The notes under the pieces were generated by a model. The model searched no databases and was not told the DNA's origin. It saw only the letters and a list, made by a program, of their open reading frames with translations. A program made the translations under genes and the position numbers. DNA of 39,156 nucleotides from an uncultured archaeon (GTDB taxonomy: Archaea; Iainarchaeota; Iainarchaeia; Iainarchaeales; JAGVWC01), in the NCBI GenBank assembly GCA_964402015.1, contig CAYOAS010000001.1:1-39156 (forward strand). The letters are read 5' to 3'. Below are positions 15,428 to 24,584 of the stretch, piece by piece. Position 1 is the first letter of the stretch. Each line of letters begins with the position of its first letter.

Positions 15428-15451
15428 AATCATATTATTTAAAATATGATT
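15428..15451. promoter_or_regulatory. Perfect 9-bp inverted repeat AATCATATT-N6-AATATGATT upstream of the MNT-HEPN operon
   Basis: Lies 14-37 nt upstream of the ATG at 15414 in AT-rich promoter DNA. It is a candidate operator for the wHTH-MNT protein. Confidence 0.4.
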
Positions 15452-15516
15452 GTATTTTGTTAATCAACCAGTTTTCGTTTGCCTTTGGCCATTGAAACGG
15501 GAGTTGTTGTGCCTTT

Positions 15517-15897
15517 TCAGCCCCATGGCCAGACTGGGGTGCTGCCGCTGTCACTGCTGCTTGCTGTGCCGTCTTCCGGCTTTTTTTCTCTTGGTTTTCT
15601 TTTTCTTTTTGGCTTCGGCTTGGGGCCGTGCCATAATTCTTCGTTCCAGCCTTTTAGCGGGCTTTCGCTGTGCTGGCCAAAAAAGAAAAACAAAATCGCA
15701 ATTATTGCCCAAATAATTGCCGCGTACATTGCAATTGTCGCGTTTTCTAAAAAGAAAACAACTGCGAAAACTGCTGCTGCCAGCAGGTTCAATGCCTTGA
15801 ATGCAGTTTCGTTTTCGGAATCCATTGTTTTTATTATGAATGCAATTGCTGCCGTTACTGTTGCGATTACAGCCAGCATTCCGGTTTCCGCGATCAT
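15517..15897 (-). CDS. Small membrane protein with a basic/proline-rich C-terminal tail
   Basis: Three clear hydrophobic helices and then a KPKPKRKRKPREKKPE tail. Preferred over the overlapping plus-strand ORF 15479..15967. Confidence 0.4.
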   Translation of the reverse strand: MIAETGMLAVIATVTAAIAFIIKTMDSENETAFKALNLLAAAVFAVVFFLENATIAMYAAIIWAIIAILFFFFGQHSESPLKGWNEELWHGPKPKPKRKRKPREKKPEDGTASSSDSGSTPVWPWG

Positions 15898-15963
15898 TTC
15901 AATCCCTGTTTATTTTTTGTGTTTTATTGTTTTAAAGGCTTTGCCTGTATTGTTTATGTTTTT

Positions 15964-17553
15964 ATGAATCTTCCTTTGCGTGCATTGTTGCTTGGCGCGT
16001 TGTTGAGCGTTGTAGTTTCCATGTACAGTGCCTTTGCTGGATTAAAAATCGGCGGGGTTTACTGGCCAAGCGTTACTGTAACAATAATGGCAATGGCAAT
16101 CCTTGGCGCACTCGGCAAAACCAACCGCCATGAAATAAACATTGCCCAGACAGCCGCGAGCGCTGGCGGCTTGCTTGCCGCTGGATTGATTTTCACTATT
16201 CCCGCAATCTGGCTTTTGGGCTTGCAGGTGGGCATCTGGGAAATCTTTTTCGTTTCGATTGTGGGCGGCCTGGCTGGAATAATTTTTTCCTTGCCGTTGC
16301 GGGTACAAATGGTTGAAAAGGAAAAACTTGCTTATCCCGAAGGAACTGCTGTTGCAGCAATAATCCAGGCCGGTGACACCGGCGGGCAGAAGGCAAAGAA
16401 TGTTTTTGCTGCCTTTGGCGTTGGGGCAATTTTTTCCCTTTTGCGCGATTACTTTGTTGTATTGCCCGGAGTTATTGGAATTGATTCAATAAAGTCGCGG
16501 TTTTCAGAATTGTTTTCTTTTGGCACAAGTGTTTCACTGATTCCGTTTGCCGGCGGCTATTTAATCGGGCCGTTATTTACCAACCTGTGGTTTGCAGGGG
16601 CAGTTCTGTCAAATTTTATCCTTATCCCTTATTTGGTTTCTATAAATCTTTTTTCCACCAAAGCGCTTGCTTCAGCAAATATTGCTGCTCCGTTGGGCAT
16701 CGGGATTGTTGTGGGCGCGAGCATTGCATATTTTTTCTTCAAGGTAATTCCGCGCTTGGGAAATATTTTTTCGTCTTACGGGGAAAGCAGTACAAAGAAC
16801 CATAAATTTTTTGGCCTAGCAATAATCTTCCTAATCGCACTCCTTACTATTGTGCTTGAGCTGAATGTTGTTGTGAGCATTATTGCTATTTTTGGCGCTT
16901 TTGTAATGGCATACATTGGCGCGCGCGTTACCGGCGAAATGAATGTTGACCCAATGGAATTGTTTGCAATGATTGTCTTGCTTGCAGCAAAAATCTTGTT
17001 TGGCTTCAACGCTGTTTTGCTGGTTTTGCTTGCCGCGGTGGTTTGCATTTCTGCGGGAATTGCTGGTGATTTGATGCAGGACTTGAAAGCAGGTTTCCTG
17101 CTTGGAACAAATCCAACTCACCAATTGTGGGCGCAAACAATCGGCGTGGTTTCAGCTTCGCTTGTCATTGGCTTGGTTTTGTTTGCATTGAACAATTCTT
17201 ATGTAATTGGTTCTGCACAATTGCCTGCGCCGCAAGCCTCTGCATTGAGTGCTGTTGTCAGTGCAAACGCGCTTTCAACAGTCCTAGTTGTTGGAATAAT
17301 AATTGGTTTTATTGCGGCTATAGTTTTGAATTTTGTTTCCAATCCGCTTTTTGTTATTGCTTTCGGCATTGGAATCTATGTTCCAATAACGCTCTCTTTT
17401 CCGCTTTTTGTCGGCGGCTTATTGCGTTTGTTCGCTGACAAAAAGAAATTCACTGAAAAAGGCAGGTTGCTTGCCGCTGGAACTATTGCTGGCGAGGGCT
17501 TTATTGGCGTGGCTCTTGCTTTAATTGGTTTTGCTGCAACTTTTTTTGGGTGA
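15964..17553 (+). CDS. OPT family oligopeptide transporter
   Basis: About 530 aa and highly hydrophobic. Features typical of the OPT superfamily include the N-terminus LLLGALLSVVVSMYSAFAGLKIGG and EKLAYPEGTAVA. ATG at 15964. Confidence 0.8.
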   Translation: MNLPLRALLLGALLSVVVSMYSAFAGLKIGGVYWPSVTVTIMAMAILGALGKTNRHEINIAQTAASAGGLLAAGLIFTIPAIWLLGLQVGIWEIFFVSIVGGLAGIIFSLPLRVQMVEKEKLAYPEGTAVAAIIQAGDTGGQKAKNVFAAFGVGAIFSLLRDYFVVLPGVIGIDSIKSRFSELFSFGTSVSLIPFAGGYLIGPLFTNLWFAGAVLSNFILIPYLVSINLFSTKALASANIAAPLGIGIVVGASIAYFFFKVIPRLGNIFSSYGESSTKNHKFFGLAIIFLIALLTIVLELNVVVSIIAIFGAFVMAYIGARVTGEMNVDPMELFAMIVLLAAKILFGFNAVLLVLLAAVVCISAGIAGDLMQDLKAGFLLGTNPTHQLWAQTIGVVSASLVIGLVLFALNNSYVIGSAQLPAPQASALSAVVSANALSTVLVVGIIIGFIAAIVLNFVSNPLFVIAFGIGIYVPITLSFPLFVGGLLRLFADKKKFTEKGRLLAAGTIAGEGFIGVALALIGFAATFFG

Positions 17554-18370
17554 ATTTGTTTTGATTCTTGGAATTGATTTTGGCGCCACTACTACTGATG
17601 CTGTTTTTTTTGACGGAAAAAAAATTGTAAAGAAGGCAAGTTCCCAGAAAACAATTTTTTCAAGGCGCGCACTAGAGCAATTCTTGGACCAAAATGGCTT
17701 TTCTGCGAAAGAAACCAGCGCGGTTGCTGTTTCTGGCGGAAAGAGCGCTTTTTTCACGGAAAAAATATTCGGCATTGCGCCAGTGCACATAAGCGAAATT
17801 GACGCGATTGGTTTTGGCGCTGCTTTTTTGGCAAAGCAAGAGCGTTGTTTGGCTGTTTCAATGGGCACTGGCACTTGCATTGTGCTTTTTGACAATGAAA
17901 AATGCTCTCACATTATTGGAACCGGCGTCGGCGGTGGAACAATAATTGGCTTGAGCAAGCTGTTGCTTGGCGAAACAAATATTCCAAAATTGAATTCTCT
18001 TGCGGATAATGGAAAAACTTCAAACATTGACCTTTCAGTTGGCGATGTTGTTGGAAAAAAATTCAGCATGCTGGATGAAAAAGTTACTGCGTCAAATTTT
18101 GCAAAGCTGGAACACTATGGCAAGGCTGATTTGGCTGCCGGCATCCAGAATTTGGTTGCTGAATCAGTGGCAGTGCTTGCTGTTTGCGCTGCACGCCAAT
18201 GCAATTGCAATGCTGTTGTTTTTTGCGGAAAGGCTTCTTGTTTTTCTTTTGTGAAAAAGCGCTTGCTTGTTGCTTCCACATTGTTTGGCAAAAAATTCTT
18301 GTTTCCAAAAAACTTTGAGTGCGCGACTGCCTTGGGCGCTGCAATTGTGCTGCAGAAAAACAAAAAATAG
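17525..18370 (+). CDS. Type II pantothenate kinase-like (fumble/CoaW-like) ASKHA-fold kinase
   Basis: ILGIDFGATTTD phosphate-1 motif, SMGTGTCIV, GTGVGGGTIIGLSKLLLG and NIDLSVGDVVG resemble type II PanK. The start is uncertain: TTG at 17525 overlaps the OPT gene, and TTG at 17561 is possible. Confidence 0.55.
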   Translation: MVLLQLFLGEFVLILGIDFGATTTDAVFFDGKKIVKKASSQKTIFSRRALEQFLDQNGFSAKETSAVAVSGGKSAFFTEKIFGIAPVHISEIDAIGFGAAFLAKQERCLAVSMGTGTCIVLFDNEKCSHIIGTGVGGGTIIGLSKLLLGETNIPKLNSLADNGKTSNIDLSVGDVVGKKFSMLDEKVTASNFAKLEHYGKADLAAGIQNLVAESVAVLAVCAARQCNCNAVVFCGKASCFSFVKKRLLVASTLFGKKFLFPKNFECATALGAAIVLQKNKK

Positions 18371-18387
18371 TTTTATTCAATGGCGTG

Positions 18388-19362
18388 TCAGTTTATTTTT
18401 GTCAATTCTTTGAGTTTTTTTATTAGTCTTAAGTCTTCGGTTTTCTCGTCCCATTGGGCAATGATTTCGTGTATTTCTTTTTTTAATTGCTTCTCTGAAA
18501 GTTTTGCGGGTTCTTTACAGGCAACATTTTTTGATAAAAGGAAGCCGTAAAGTTCTTTTAGCGAGTTTTTTTGTCTGAATTCAATGACTTTAACGCCAAT
18601 CTTTCTTGCTTCTTCAATCATCATGTCTGTTAATTTGTCGATGAGGAATAAATCTACTTTTCTTGCCAATGCTTCGTCTCCAATTTCTGGGTTTCCTATG
18701 CCCAACAATTTCAGCTCTATTGTCAGGGGCTTTTTATCCTTGGAAAAAATAATGGCGTCTATTTCTCTGTTTCCAACCAATCCTTTTCTTTTCATGTCAT
18801 CAAATAAAAGAACATAATCTTCTTCGTTGATTTTTAAAAGTTTGAAGATTGTGAATAGCAATGTTTTTTCTGTTTGTTTTCCGACTTCGCTCCAAGCACC
18901 GCCTTGAATAGTCAATCTCATTGCAGAAATTGTGTTTACAAAAATAATGCTTTCAATTTCATCAAGCTCAATTGTTTCTCCTTTATTTCTAATGCTGACG
19001 CGTAATTGATATTCGGTTTTTTTAAAATTCTTAAGAAGGAGCTGCAACGCGGCAATGTTCTTTTTCCCTATATCTAAACAAATTTCTTTTGTGGAAATTC
19101 CGCCAGTCATATTTTTTACTGTTTTGTCGTTTATGCCGCCAAACCAGAGCAGTTTGAATTTGTTCTCTTTGCCCGGCTTGTTTTTCGTGTCTTCTAAGAG
19201 TTTGTCTATCCAGTTGCCGCCGTTCTTTTTATAGTTAAAAATGTCTGCCGTGAGTTCTTGTGCTTTTTCTATGAATCGCTCATTAATCGTGGCTAGAACA
19301 AAAGTCCTGTAATCTTTGCCGCTTAAAATGGAAAAAATAATTTCTGACATCAGTTGTTTCAT
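18388..19362 (-). CDS. Putative type II restriction endonuclease (PD-(D/E)XK)
   Basis: 324 aa. ATGA overlap with the upstream methyltransferase. Candidate catalytic motif IDAII...TIELK (D-x14-E-x-K). Confidence 0.5.
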   Translation of the reverse strand: MKQLMSEIIFSILSGKDYRTFVLATINERFIEKAQELTADIFNYKKNGGNWIDKLLEDTKNKPGKENKFKLLWFGGINDKTVKNMTGGISTKEICLDIGKKNIAALQLLLKNFKKTEYQLRVSIRNKGETIELDEIESIIFVNTISAMRLTIQGGAWSEVGKQTEKTLLFTIFKLLKINEEDYVLLFDDMKRKGLVGNREIDAIIFSKDKKPLTIELKLLGIGNPEIGDEALARKVDLFLIDKLTDMMIEEARKIGVKVIEFRQKNSLKELYGFLLSKNVACKEPAKLSEKQLKKEIHEIIAQWDEKTEDLRLIKKLKELTKIN

Positions 19363-20738
19363 TTTTTCGCCTTTATTTTTATGTCCTCAGGAATTGTTTT
19401 AATTGCATCTGTTATTCTTTCGATGTTTTTCAATAATCTTTCTTTTGTTGGGGTTTTTCCCCTTGTGGATGATCCCTGCTTTTTTTGTATCTGTTCTTTG
19501 AAAGAAGCCATCTGTTGTTTTACTTTTTGTGCTATGACCTCATCATTGCTTGCGTTAGCGCTGCAATCTGAAATTTTTCTTAATACTACAATATATTCAT
19601 CATCTATTCGCCCAACATCCGCGTTTGTGTATTTTCTTGTTTTGTCAATATTCCTAAAATACGTCTTCACATGTTCAAATCCGATTTCTTTGGCAAAAGC
19701 AATAAAGTATTTGTGGCTTTCTATCAGTTCGTATTCTAAACTTGAATTGCCTACAACAATAGCGCAGGTTTTTCCAGTTTTTAAGACCCTGTTCATTTCA
19801 ATCATTGACCTTAACATATCGCCCAAATATTCTGAAAGAAGCCTGAAGCGGTTGGTTATGAAATGTGAGTGTCCTCCGATTTCGTGCTTTCTAAATAACT
19901 CAAAGTCCATGCCCAGCCAAAGCATGTTGTACATATGCGTTCTATAATAGTCTAAAGCATTGACGTATGGGGGGGATGTAACAATAAGGTCAACGGTGTT
20001 GTTATCTACTTCCAGTTTTCTTGCATCTCCCTGAATAAGTTTTACATCTGGTTGCAGAAGAACGATTTTTGAAATTTCCAATATTTCTTTTTTCATTGAT
20101 TGAGTTTTTCTAATAAACGAGTTTTCAATGTCTGGCCCATTGCCATTTTCTACTAATCCCCATATTGTTGATGAAAGGGCAACCTGGCAAAAGTCAAACA
20201 AGTCATATTTTTTTTCTTCTTTTAGTTCCAATACCATTTCTTTTATTGCCTCTAACTTTACAATAGTTTCTTTATCAAATAGCTTGCTTATTGTGCGGTT
20301 TGGCAAATCATTTACTCTGTCTTCAATTCTTTTATGATCCAAATCCAAGTATTTTTTTGTTCTTGAAATTTTTTTATCTAAATATTCGAAATCACCAGGT
20401 GAAATTAAAGTTGTTTTGACTTTGCTTATTAGCACTGCCAATGGATTGAAATCGTTTCCTATGGCGTTTCTATTATTTAGAAAGCACTCTACAATCGTTG
20501 TTCCGCAACCGCAAAACGGGTCAAGAACAATATCTCCTTTTTTTGTGAGTAGGTTGATGAATGTTAATGGTATTTGTGGTATGAATCGTGCGGGATAAGA
20601 ATGAAATTTATGCGATAAATATTGTGTGGTTGCCTCTTTGAAATCCCAATTTATCTTGTCCAATTTTTCTATTAAAGAATCGCTTTTTTCTGTTTTGTTG
20701 ATTGCTAATTGTACCATGCTGCTAACTTGTCCGTTCAT
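19359..20738 (-). CDS. N4/N6 DNA methyltransferase
   Basis: DPFCGCGTT (motif I, aa 73-81) preceded by HSYPARFIPQIP. TSPPY (motif IV, aa 254-258). Confidence 0.8.
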   Translation of the reverse strand: MNGQVSSMVQLAINKTEKSDSLIEKLDKINWDFKEATTQYLSHKFHSYPARFIPQIPLTFINLLTKKGDIVLDPFCGCGTTIVECFLNNRNAIGNDFNPLAVLISKVKTTLISPGDFEYLDKKISRTKKYLDLDHKRIEDRVNDLPNRTISKLFDKETIVKLEAIKEMVLELKEEKKYDLFDFCQVALSSTIWGLVENGNGPDIENSFIRKTQSMKKEILEISKIVLLQPDVKLIQGDARKLEVDNNTVDLIVTSPPYVNALDYYRTHMYNMLWLGMDFELFRKHEIGGHSHFITNRFRLLSEYLGDMLRSMIEMNRVLKTGKTCAIVVGNSSLEYELIESHKYFIAFAKEIGFEHVKTYFRNIDKTRKYTNADVGRIDDEYIVVLRKISDCSANASNDEVIAQKVKQQMASFKEQIQKKQGSSTRGKTPTKERLLKNIERITDAIKTIPEDIKIKAKK

Positions 20739-20825
20739 AATTATCTAATTGGAAAACTGGTTTTTAAAACGATTCCCAAACCGCATTTCCCCTGCCTTTT
20801 TTGGGCGTGCTATTTTTGTGGATGT

Positions 20826-22145
20826 TTATTCTGTCGGTGTAATAGAGTCCAACGGTGTTCGCTCGCTGATTTCTCCGCGCAAATTTGTTGCCATTAACCG
20901 CTTGATTTCTTCCTTGTTCTTGTAATTGCCCAGCAGCCATGCAAGCTTTACAAAAGCTGTTTCTGGCAGCATGTCCTCGCAGAAGATTATGCCTGCTTCG
21001 TTCAGCTTTCGGAGGTTTGTGTAAACAGTCGGGTGCACTCTGCCGTAAAGGCACTGCGTTGTCATTGCTATAACAACTCCTTTTTTTAGCAGTTGCTTTA
21101 GCGCTAAAAAGTTTTTCTGGTTTTCTTTTGTGTTTACCGGCGCGTGCCCCAAACCAGTGCCTTCTATTACCAGCCCTTTCATTTTTTTGAATACTAAAAA
21201 TTGTTCCGGTTTCATTTCTGGATGGGTTTTCAGCAATGCAACCTTGTTTTCCATTTTGTCTTTTAGCAAGAATTTTCCATCTTGTTTTGGCAGTTCTTTC
21301 AGGAATTTTATTTCTCTTGTTTCAAAATTCACGCGCGCTATTGGCGAATCATTTATTGCCTTGAAAGCATCCCTGCGCGAACTGTGCATCTTTCTTGTTT
21401 TGCAAGCAGGCAATATTACGCAGTTTTTGTCGTCGCTTGTTTCATGCATGCAGATTGCGACTCCGGCAAAGCCGCTTCTTGCAATGAATTCTGCTGCACA
21501 AACAAGGTTTTCGGCTGCGTCTGTTGAACCGCGGTCAGTGCTGCGCTGTGCGCCAACCACAATAACCGGAATAGTGCAATTTTCAAGAATGAAAGAGAGC
21601 GCTGCTGCTGTGAATGCGAGCGTGTCTGTTCCATGGCCGATAATTATGCCTTTTGCGCCTTTTTTTATTTCTTCGGCGACAGCGTTTGCTATTTTTTTGT
21701 AATCCGAAAAAAGTATGTCTTCGCTCATAATGTTGCTGACGAAAACAGATTCAATGTTTGCTATTTTTGTTATTTCCGGAAACATTGTAATGAAATCTTC
21801 CACTTTGAAAGAGGCATATACTCCGCCTGTTTGGTAGTTTACTCTGCTTGCAATAGTGCCGCCGGTGTGCAGTATTGAAATTGTCGGCAGTTCCGGGTTT
21901 TTTTTCACTTCGATTGTTTTTGCCTTGCCAACGCTTTTTCCTTCACTGATTTTTTTTATTGAAGTTATTTTTTCTATCAATAATCCTGCATTGTAACCAT
22001 TCTTGAGTTTCAACATCAAAACGTTTTCCTCGCGCGTTGGGATAATGTATCCTTCAAGCGTTTGGCTGTCTGTTTTTACAGTAACGAAATCGCTTTCCTT
22101 GAGCTTTTTCTTTTTCAGGAATTCATTCAATTTCATGGCAATCAT
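20826..22145 (-). CDS. gatD: Glu-tRNA(Gln) amidotransferase subunit D (archaeal GatD, asparaginase-like)
   Basis: HTGGTIAS and GHGTDT asparaginase motifs. The start was set to ATG 22145, about 23 nt from an AATAAAAAAA TATA-like tract. The listed ORF begins at TTG 22160. Confidence 0.9.
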   Translation of the reverse strand: MIAMKLNEFLKKKKLKESDFVTVKTDSQTLEGYIIPTREENVLMLKLKNGYNAGLLIEKITSIKKISEGKSVGKAKTIEVKKNPELPTISILHTGGTIASRVNYQTGGVYASFKVEDFITMFPEITKIANIESVFVSNIMSEDILFSDYKKIANAVAEEIKKGAKGIIIGHGTDTLAFTAAALSFILENCTIPVIVVGAQRSTDRGSTDAAENLVCAAEFIARSGFAGVAICMHETSDDKNCVILPACKTRKMHSSRRDAFKAINDSPIARVNFETREIKFLKELPKQDGKFLLKDKMENKVALLKTHPEMKPEQFLVFKKMKGLVIEGTGLGHAPVNTKENQKNFLALKQLLKKGVVIAMTTQCLYGRVHPTVYTNLRKLNEAGIIFCEDMLPETAFVKLAWLLGNYKNKEEIKRLMATNLRGEISERTPLDSITPTE

Positions 22146-22212
22146 TGTTTTTGAAGGCAAACCTTTTTTTATTCGTTTTGCCTATTATTAAACACTGTTT
22201 TGACGTGATTAT

Positions 22213-23106
22213 ATGGTTTTAGCCAATAATGCTGTTTTGTTGAAGAAGGCGCAGAAGCGAAAGTTTGCTGTTCCAGCGTTCAATTCCATCAATCTTGAAA
22301 CAGCCCAGGCGATTGTTGGTGCTGCGGAAGCAAAAAAAGCACCGGTAATTTTGCAGGTCACGCACAAGACAATAGAATACGCTGGATTGGAGAATACTGC
22401 TAATTTTGTTTTGCCGCTCATTAAAGCAGCGCGTGTTCCAATTGCTTTTCAGCTGGACCATGGGAAGGATTTTGAAACAGCAAAGCGTTGCATTGCACTT
22501 GGTTTTTCGAGCGTGATGATTGACGGTTCCAGGCTTCCGCTGGATAAAAACATTGTTTTGGCAAAAAAAGTTGTTTCTCTTGCGCAAAAATTTGGTGTTT
22601 CGGTTGAAGCAGAGGTTGGCGCTTTGGGAGAAAACAATTTTACCAATCCTGTTGATGCATTGTTGTTTTGCGCAAGCGTTCCAGTGAACGCGCTTGCTGT
22701 TGCTGTCGGGACAAGCCATGGCGCGCACAAGTTTGCTGGCAAGCCAAAAATCAATCTGCAGCTTATCAAAAAAATTTCTTCTTTGGTTAGCGTGCCGTTG
22801 GTTCTGCACGGCGCTTCAAGCATCGAACAAGGAGCCATTAAGAATGCCAGAAAATTTGGTTTGCAATTGGAAAAAACCAGTGGCGTGCCAATGCAGCAAT
22901 TGAAAAAAGCAATAAAACTCGGGGTTTGCAAAATCAACATTGACACTGACTTGCGCTTAAGCTTCAGCATTGCGCTGCGCGAATACCTGCAAAAGAATTC
23001 TTCCGACTTTGACGCGCGGAACGCGCTTTCCTTTGCGCGCGCGGAATTGCAAAAAACCTGTGAAAAAAAAATAATTGATTTCGGGGCTGCCGGAAAGGCA
23101 AAATAA
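22213..23106 (+). CDS. fba: Class II fructose-bisphosphate aldolase family
   Basis: 297 aa with FAVPAFN, QLDHG, VEAE.G..G and LVLHGAS motifs. TATTATTAAA lies about 25 nt upstream of the ATG. Confidence 0.85.
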   Translation: MVLANNAVLLKKAQKRKFAVPAFNSINLETAQAIVGAAEAKKAPVILQVTHKTIEYAGLENTANFVLPLIKAARVPIAFQLDHGKDFETAKRCIALGFSSVMIDGSRLPLDKNIVLAKKVVSLAQKFGVSVEAEVGALGENNFTNPVDALLFCASVPVNALAVAVGTSHGAHKFAGKPKINLQLIKKISSLVSVPLVLHGASSIEQGAIKNARKFGLQLEKTSGVPMQQLKKAIKLGVCKINIDTDLRLSFSIALREYLQKNSSDFDARNALSFARAELQKTCEKKIIDFGAAGKAK

Positions 23107-23208
23107 TCTTTTCCAAAATATTTTTTTGGTTTTTTTTAAATCAGAAAAAAACTATGATTTTTTGAATGGCAGTTTGAACCAGCTGTCTTTGATTGGCATC
23201 GCTTGGAT

Positions 23209-24285
23209 TCAGTTGACTGTTACGTCCTTTGGGTCCGCCGGGCTATCAGGCTTCCATGGCCGTATGTCTGTAGGTTGCTCTTCTTGCCCTGGGTTTTCTG
23301 TTTGCTTGGTTGTTTCTGGTGCACAAGTGCCATTAACAGGTTCTGTTATTTCCATTGCATGATGTGGGTCAGCGTCAACAAAAACCTTTTCTGGTTCCGC
23401 ATCTTGCCACGCGTTTTTGCATTCGAACGCGTAATAACAATTGCTGCAATAATAATTTTGTTCGCATTTTTCCGTTGAACTGTCAAAAATTGTTTCGCCT
23501 TTTCCAGCCGGCTTGCAAAGCGAGACTCCTGTTCCAATAACTGAAAATTCCACTGAATTTTCGTCAAAGCCAGCGTTTTCCCCTTCCACTCTTATTTCAG
23601 CGACATAGTTTGCCGCTAGTTCTATTTCAAGGTTTATTGGAATGAGTTTTTGCTCTCCCGGGCCGAGTTCTGTTTCTCCACTGTTTTTTTCCAGCACTAA
23701 TTCCATTGTTGTTTTTTGCTGGTTGAGCTTGAACAATTTTGTTTTTGCAAAAACGCTTGGCGCAAAAACGCTTCCGTTGTTTTTTACCAGCAAATCAATA
23801 TTGAACGTGTTTTCCGTTGAAAAATCCATTTCGCTGAGTGCGCTTGTTGAAACAATTTTTATTTGCGCCGGCCTTTGCCCGAAGTATACTGTGCATGCCG
23901 CAATGTTGTGCTGGGATTCGCAGCGCGCGAATGTCCTGATTGCCTTTTTTTGCTTGAACAAAACGCTTGCCTCGTTCCATTCTATTGTGTTGCTGCATTC
24001 TGTGCCCTTATCGCAGCAGTCGCTTGCGGAATTGCATTCAAACATTGTTTCCAATTGTGCTGCCCTGAAAGTGTTGCCTGAAAAACTTGTTTCGCTTTCA
24101 AAAACAGTGTTTTCCGCTTCAATTGCCTTGCCAGGTTTTGCTGTTGCAAACAATATTGCGCTTTCTATTTGTTTTTGCGCGTCCTTTGGCCACAAAAAAT
24201 ACGGTGAAAGATAAACGAAAAAGATGTACAGCAGCGCGAGCGTTGCAATTGCTGCAATCACAATCTTGAACGGCGTGAATTCCAT
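23209..24285 (-). CDS. Membrane-anchored cysteine-rich extracellular protein
   Basis: N-terminal TM helix and many Cys residues (CNSASDCCDKGTEC, CEQNYYCSNCYYAFEC). A central beta-rich CARDB-like segment is present. ATG at 24285 forms a TAATG junction with the upstream ORF. Confidence 0.5.
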   Translation of the reverse strand: MEFTPFKIVIAAIATLALLYIFFVYLSPYFLWPKDAQKQIESAILFATAKPGKAIEAENTVFESETSFSGNTFRAAQLETMFECNSASDCCDKGTECSNTIEWNEASVLFKQKKAIRTFARCESQHNIAACTVYFGQRPAQIKIVSTSALSEMDFSTENTFNIDLLVKNNGSVFAPSVFAKTKLFKLNQQKTTMELVLEKNSGETELGPGEQKLIPINLEIELAANYVAEIRVEGENAGFDENSVEFSVIGTGVSLCKPAGKGETIFDSSTEKCEQNYYCSNCYYAFECKNAWQDAEPEKVFVDADPHHAMEITEPVNGTCAPETTKQTENPGQEEQPTDIRPWKPDSPADPKDVTVN

Positions 24286-24542
24286 TATTTCCACCTTTTT
24301 CTTTGCCCGCTGTTTGCCTCAATCCTGAAAACTAGTTTCAGCAGGTAACGAAGCACATAACCAATGCCTAAAACAAACGCCATTATTATTGCAAATTCTT
24401 CCCATCTGCCAGTTTTCAAGAAAAAATCTTTGAAGGGATCGGACCATTGCATTAGTGCAATTGTCGCATAAGCCACTATTGCGAATGCCGCGAGAAAAAT
24501 TATTGCCTTCTGGAAAAAAAGAATTGTTCTTTCGCCAAACAT
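24285..24542 (-). CDS. Small two-helix membrane protein
   Basis: 85 aa with two hydrophobic helices. Translationally coupled (1-nt overlap) to the downstream Cys-rich protein. Confidence 0.4.
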   Translation of the reverse strand: MFGERTILFFQKAIIFLAAFAIVAYATIALMQWSDPFKDFFLKTGRWEEFAIIMAFVLGIGYVLRYLLKLVFRIEANSGQRKRWK

Positions 24543-24584
24543 ATCGAATAAAAGAAGGCGCGTTGAAGTATAAAAACATTGTTT

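Noticed and set aside
15479-15967. Plus-strand 162-aa ORF overlapping the 15517..15897 minus ORF
   Set aside because: The minus-strand product has clean TM helices and a charged tail with an ATG start. The plus-strand product looks like a shadow frame. This remains a judgement call.
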